A DNA stretch of 64,000 nucleotides from Thermoanaerobaculaceae bacterium (lineage in GTDB: Bacteria; Acidobacteriota; Thermoanaerobaculia; Multivoradales; UBA5704), in contig CAVQIV010000024.1 in the NCBI GenBank assembly GCA_963712665.1, positions 271,525 to 335,524 of the forward strand, written 5' to 3'. The notes under the pieces were generated by a model. The model did no database searches and was not told the origin of the DNA. It worked only from the letters and a program-made list of their open reading frames with translations. Below, piece by piece: positions 60,080-64,000 of this stretch (positions within the stretch are counted from its first letter, which is position 1; each line of letters starts with the position of its first letter). Made by a program: the position numbers and the translations under genes.

Positions 60080-60592
60080 ATGTTGGAGCATTCGAGGCTT
60101 TTCTGGACGACGGTCGCCCTGGGCTTGGTAGCGCTGCTCCTGGCCTGCGGCGAGGCGTCACCGCGTTCACGATCGTCGCGACGGCCGGCGGAGGAGTGGA
60201 GCCAGACGTCGCCGCCGGTCAACGTCACCCACATCTTCGAGGGGGAGATCAACAAGCGAGGCAAGCCCGTGGGCTTCCACTCCCGGCCCGGCGGACGGGA
60301 TCCCCAGGGCGCGCGGTTGGTGCGGATCGTGGACCGGCCCAACCGCGCGGGGGTCTACACCGCCGAGGTGGAGATCCGCTCCGGCTCCGACTGGCTGGGC
60401 AAGCGCTCGACCTTCTACCCTGACCGCCTGGACCGTGCGGTGGTGATCCAGACCGTGCTCCACGCCTTCGCCGAGCGCACCACGGGCGGCTCGGAGCGGT
60501 TCCGCGGCCCTTCCGGCCGCGGCTTCACCATCGAGGGGTACTATCAAGACGGCCGCATCAACACGGCCTATCCCATCTATACCCGGGACTGA
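60080..60592 (+). CDS. lipoprotein with bacterial EndoU-like nuclease (toxin) domain
   Basis: Lipobox LLLACG. THIFEGEINKRGKPVGFHS and GKRSTFYP resemble EndoU_bacteria catalytic His and K-S-T-F-P motifs. Confidence 0.6.
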   Translation: MLEHSRLFWTTVALGLVALLLACGEASPRSRSSRRPAEEWSQTSPPVNVTHIFEGEINKRGKPVGFHSRPGGRDPQGARLVRIVDRPNRAGVYTAEVEIRSGSDWLGKRSTFYPDRLDRAVVIQTVLHAFAERTTGGSERFRGPSGRGFTIEGYYQDGRINTAYPIYTRD

Positions 60593-60620
60593 TCGGCAGG
60601 ACGGAAGCGAGGAAGGAGCC

Positions 60621-60944
60621 ATGCAGCTCGAATTCTACTGGGACGGCGCCGGCGACCCCCGCGCCCGCTGCCTCGGCCCCGGGGCCGTGCTGGCCGGCTT
60701 TCTCGAGAGCGACGTCCAGGGGAGCGGCAAGCACGGCCGCGAGATCCTGCGCGCCATCGACCGCATCGAGGCCGGCAAGCTCGACCGCTGGGAGACGACC
60801 GGCAACGCCTACACTCTCACCCTCTCGCCCGAAGGCGCTTCGCTCGTCAGCGAGCTGGACGAAGAGGCGAAGCCCTACGAGGTTCCCCTCGCCCAGCTCA
60901 AGGAGGCCGTCGCCGACTGGACGGCGTTCGTGGATGAGGGGTAG
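60621..60944 (+). CDS. YacL-like (UPF0231-like) small protein, candidate immunity partner
   Basis: Starts 28 nt after the EndoU gene. RWETTGNAYTLTLSPEGASLVSEL..EE resembles E. coli YacL (...[21 protein letters not shown]...), recalled from memory. Confidence 0.45.
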   Translation: MQLEFYWDGAGDPRARCLGPGAVLAGFLESDVQGSGKHGREILRAIDRIEAGKLDRWETTGNAYTLTLSPEGASLVSELDEEAKPYEVPLAQLKEAVADWTAFVDEG

Positions 60945-60949
60945 CGACT

Positions 60950-61606
60950 TCAGCTCGGCGGCAGCATAGGGAAATCGAAGCTCGGCAGGCCTCCCGGGCC
61001 GGTCATGAGCTGGAGCAGCACCCCTTCGAGCTCCCGCAGACTGGGGGTCTCCATGAGCACCTGACGCTCGGCGCAGGAGAGGGGGATGGCGTGGGCGATG
61101 GCGGTGACGATCTCCGTGCCCGCCATGCGATCCATGATCGACAGGTCGACATCGGACTCGTTGGCCTCGATCCGCTGCCGCACCAGGTCTTTGAGCACGG
61201 GGAACTCCAGCGTCGAATCCACGGCGTCGGGATCGTCCACGAACTCCCGGTAATCCACCCGCACCCGCCGGTACCCCCGGTCGCAGGGGACCTCGCCGAT
61301 CACCCGGAAGCGGATGATGCCGCCGGCCAGGACCAGGTACTGGTCGGGCTCCGGCTCGTGGTATTCGCCGAGGTAGGCCAGACAGCCCACGGAGTAGACG
61401 GCGGGTTTGCCGGCGATGGGGGCCGCGCCCATGGGAGTCTCCAGGGGCTGGACCACGGCGACGTAACGGTCCGCGGCAAAGGCGTCGTCCACGAGATTGC
61501 GTCCCCCGGGGTCTTGGGTGAGAAACGGCACCACCGTCCCTGGCAGCAGCAACGGCTGCTCCAGAGGAAACAGCGGGAGGACGGTCGGCAGCTCTCCGGG
61601 CTTCAC
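60950..61606 (-). CDS. LON N-terminal (substrate-binding) domain protein
   Basis: LPLFPLEQPLLLPGTVVPFLTQDP... is typical of standalone LON_substr_bdg proteins. GTG start. Confidence 0.8.
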   Translation of the reverse strand: MKPGELPTVLPLFPLEQPLLLPGTVVPFLTQDPGGRNLVDDAFAADRYVAVVQPLETPMGAAPIAGKPAVYSVGCLAYLGEYHEPEPDQYLVLAGGIIRFRVIGEVPCDRGYRRVRVDYREFVDDPDAVDSTLEFPVLKDLVRQRIEANESDVDLSIMDRMAGTEIVTAIAHAIPLSCAERQVLMETPSLRELEGVLLQLMTGPGGLPSFDFPMLPPS

Positions 61607-61655
61607 GTGGCGCTTATGATCCCAGACCTCTCGCCGGAGCGCAATGAGGGGGGAA

Positions 61656-62339
61656 TCAGTTCACTGGCGCCCGCGAGTCGTCCGGAGTGGTGGTGAGGAA
61701 GTTGATGGCGAGGAGCGAGAAGAGCAGCTCCAGCAGAGCGCGGAAGTCACGGGCCTCGAGCAGGGCCTGCTTTTCCGCGGCAGCGAACGGCAGGGTCTGG
61801 GCCATCGCCCGGATGATCTGCCGCGGCGACATCGCCTCCAGCGACTTGAGGCCGATGGTCCTCTGCTGGTGCCCGATCTGGAGGAGGGCGGCCTTGATCT
61901 GCTCCAAGCTCCACCCCTCGATCTCCTCCGGCTCGGGCTCCAAGTCGGCCGCGAATTCCTGGTAATCGACCTCGGCGCGAGAGACGCCGCCGCGGTCCGC
62001 CTCGGGCAGCTCCCGCCGCACGCGGAAGCGGAGGAGCCCCTCGAAAATGACGTTGAGCCCCTCCTCCCCCCGCTCCATCTCGCGCACCCGCCCCAGGCAT
62101 CCCACCTCCTGGAACTGCCGCTCCCCGTCGCCCGTGCGAGGAAGGATGAAGCCGAGATATCCATCCTCTGCCAGCGACTCCACCAGCCCCGCATACCGCT
62201 TGTCCGTGATCACCGCCGGCAGCGTCGTCTCCGGCATCAGGATGAAGCGGTCGACGGTCAGCAGGTGGATGGTCGTAGGGAAGTCTTCGAGCCGCGGGTC
62301 GGTCGCCATGGGGAGAGATGATAGCAGGGGAGACGGCAC
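61656..62339 (-). CDS. LON N-terminal (substrate-binding) domain protein, tandem paralog
   Basis: The same architecture (IHLLTVDRFILMPETTLPAVITD...). An alternative start is at 62309. Confidence 0.75.
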   Translation of the reverse strand: MPSPLLSSLPMATDPRLEDFPTTIHLLTVDRFILMPETTLPAVITDKRYAGLVESLAEDGYLGFILPRTGDGERQFQEVGCLGRVREMERGEEGLNVIFEGLLRFRVRRELPEADRGGVSRAEVDYQEFAADLEPEPEEIEGWSLEQIKAALLQIGHQQRTIGLKSLEAMSPRQIIRAMAQTLPFAAAEKQALLEARDFRALLELLFSLLAINFLTTTPDDSRAPVN

Positions 62340-62650
62340 GCCGGGGCGGAAAATGGTCCTTGTTGGGGGCGACCTCCGGAGAGGAGTTGTAGACTTCTTT
62401 CCATGGACGAACTATATCTCGATGCAGACCCGAAGGAGCTGGAGCGCGAAGTTGCTGCGGCAGAGGCCGCCAGCAGATTCTCTCAGGGGAGCCGCGAAGC
62501 TTTAGATCGCGTTCTTGCCAAGGTTCCGGATGTTGAACCAGACCTCTGGGATCAGTGGATCTCAGACGAAAAGACCGGGACAAGGGCTAATCCCGGTACT
62601 CGTCTCACCGCCCCTCAGGACCTGAGCAGCCAGTCTCGGGGGCAGGAGAA

Positions 62651-62821
62651 CTATGGAGGCGGCGGGCAGAAGCACGGGGGATGGCAGCAGATGATGCACG
62701 AGCCATCGGGACAGCAGAACTTGGGGCAGGCAGCCGCGGCGGGAGTTGGCGAGAACAAGCCCAGGCTCGCACCGGCCAGGAGCGAAAGGACCAGAGCCAG
62801 GAACAGAACCTTCCTTCGCAT
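62651..62821 (-). CDS. 56-aa secreted cysteine-rich peptide
   Basis: AAGGAG SD 7 nt before the ATG. Signal peptide MRRKVLFLALVLSLLAGASLG..AAA, then CPKFCCPDGSCIICCHPPCFCPPPP (8 Cys in 21 residues). Confidence 0.6.
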   Translation of the reverse strand: MRRKVLFLALVLSLLAGASLGLFSPTPAAAACPKFCCPDGSCIICCHPPCFCPPPP

Positions 62822-62888
62822 CGTGGGACTCCTTTCAATGCACGGGAAGCTACACAAGCTCCCATTATAATAGGTGCCCGCCCGCGAT

Positions 62889-62928
62889 AAAAAAAGCCCG
62901 GCCTCACGGCCGGGCTTTCCGGGTTTTC
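62889..62928. terminator. bidirectional rho-independent terminator
   Basis: AAAAAAAGCCCGGCC-tcac-GGCCGGGCTTT, with an A-run and T-run on either side, immediately downstream of clpB. Confidence 0.75.
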
Positions 62929-62946
62929 AGGGGAGCCGGATCGAGC

Positions 62947-64000
62947 TCACGCCCCCACTTCCACCTCCGCCTCCTTGGGGTTTTCGATCGCGACGGCGAG
63001 CTGGCCGTCCTTGACGTCCACGCGGAGGAGGGCGCCGTCGTGGACCTCGCCGGCGATCAGCGCGCGGCCGATCTGCGGTCTCGACCTCGTGCTGGAGGAA
63101 GCGCTTGAGCGGCCGGGCGCCGTAGACCGGGTCGTAGCCCTGGCGGGCGATCAGCTCGCGGGCCGCCTCGGTGAGCTCCAGACGGACGCCGCGGTCGGCC
63201 AGGCGCTGCCGCAGGTCCTCGGTCTGCAGGTCGACGATCCGCTCGATCTCCTCGAGCGTCAGCGGCTTGAACAGCACGATGTCGTCGACGCGGTTCAGGA
63301 ACTCGGGCCGGAAGTGCTGCGCGCAGCTCGCGCCATCACGCGCGTCGCGCGCGTCCTCGGTGATCTCGCCCGTCGGCGTCGACGCCCTCGAGCAGGTAGC
63401 GGCGAGCCGATGTTCGAGGTCATGATGATCACGGTGTTCTTGAAGTCCACCGTGCGGCCCTGCGCGTCGGTCAGCCGGCCGTCGTCGAGGATCTGCAGCA
63501 GCACGTTGAAGACGTCGTGGTGCGCCTTCTCGATCTCGTCGAACAGGACGACGGAGTAGGGCTTGCGCCGCACCGCCTCGGTGAGCTGGCCGCCCTCCTC
63601 GTAGCCGACGTAGCCGGGCGGCGCGCCGATCAGCCGGCGTGACGGTGTGCCGCTCCATGTACTCGCGACATGTCGATGCGGACCATGTTGTCCTCGGAGT
63701 CGAACAGCGCCTCGGCCAGCGTCTTGGCGAGCTCGGTCTTGCCGACGCCGGTCGGGCCCGAGGAAGATGAACGAGCCGATCGGCCGGCGCGGGTCCTTGA
63801 TCCCGGCGCGGGCGCGGATGACCGCGTCGGCGACCAGCTGGACCGCCTCGTCCTGGCCGATCGACGCGCTCGTGGAGGATCTCGTCGAGGCGCAGCAGCT
63901 TCTCGCGCTCGCCCTCGACCAGCCGGGTCACCGGGATGCCGGTCCAGCGCGAGACGATCTCGGCGATCTCGTCCTCGGTGACCTCCTCGCGCAGCAGCGC
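62947..64000 (-). pseudogene. clpB: chaperone ClpB, 3' portion (continues beyond window), several frameshifts as sequenced
   Basis: NBD2 motifs in shifting frames: [50 protein letters not shown]. It ends ...AVAIENPKEAEVEVGA. Confidence 0.9.

Noticed and set aside
62403-62870. 155-aa plus-strand ORF (MDELYLDADPKELEREV...SREALDRVLAKVPDVEPDLWD...)
   Set aside because: Only the first about 60 codons look protein-like and might be an antitoxin remnant. The rest is Gly/Gln-rich and antisense to the well-signalled Cys-peptide gene. There is not enough support to call it.

Overview
The window is a 64-kb stretch of a very GC-rich bacterial chromosome. The gene content (KirBac channel, Uma2 nuclease, CheB/CheR-PAS kinases, TPR-phosphatase) suggests a soil Acidobacteriota- or Myxococcota-like organism, but that is a guess.

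Recognisable content:
- Housekeeping genes: recO, glyQ/glyS, pfkA, the 3' part of clpB, a UbiB kinase, and a sulfate-assimilation/siroheme cluster (sulfite reductase, cysH, sirC-like, cobA).
- Signalling genes: a NarL-type response regulator, a PAS hybrid kinase, an OmpR/kinase pair next to creD, and a roughly 1400-aa CheB-CheR-PAS-HK-REC protein.
- Many secreted proteins and lipoproteins.
- Toxin-antitoxin and toxin-immunity modules: ParE (x2), ParD, two RES/Xre pairs, DUF433, and EndoU with a YacL-like partner.

No rRNA, tRNA, CRISPR array or transposase was recognised by eye.

Most unusual observation: three non-coding tracts carry a short motif on a strict 20-21 bp lattice (two helical turns).
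- 7275-7554 uses STATATG.
- 20860-21311 and 40632-41099 both use the palindrome TTGC-S-GCAA, and each spans 22 periods.
- The spacers between motifs are unrelated, so this looks like a selected protein-binding (or RNA) lattice rather than a decaying minisatellite.

Other points of interest:
- A cluster of GC-only stem-loops at 6993-7190.
- A composite palindromic REP/MITE-like element bracketing a degenerate acetyl-CoA-carboxylase-like relic.
- A 9-nt-periodic AAGGAC hairpin.
- A 31/36-nt direct repeat (a RES-toxin 5' relic) bracketing a 6.3-kb segment.
- A cobA ORF that runs without a stop into an antitoxin C-terminal domain.
- A lipoprotein EndoU toxin with a YacL-like neighbour.
- A 56-aa secreted peptide with 8 Cys.

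Caveat: at least 16 genes, including essential glyQ and clpB, are interrupted by single-base indels. All pseudogene calls may therefore reflect assembly error rather than biology.
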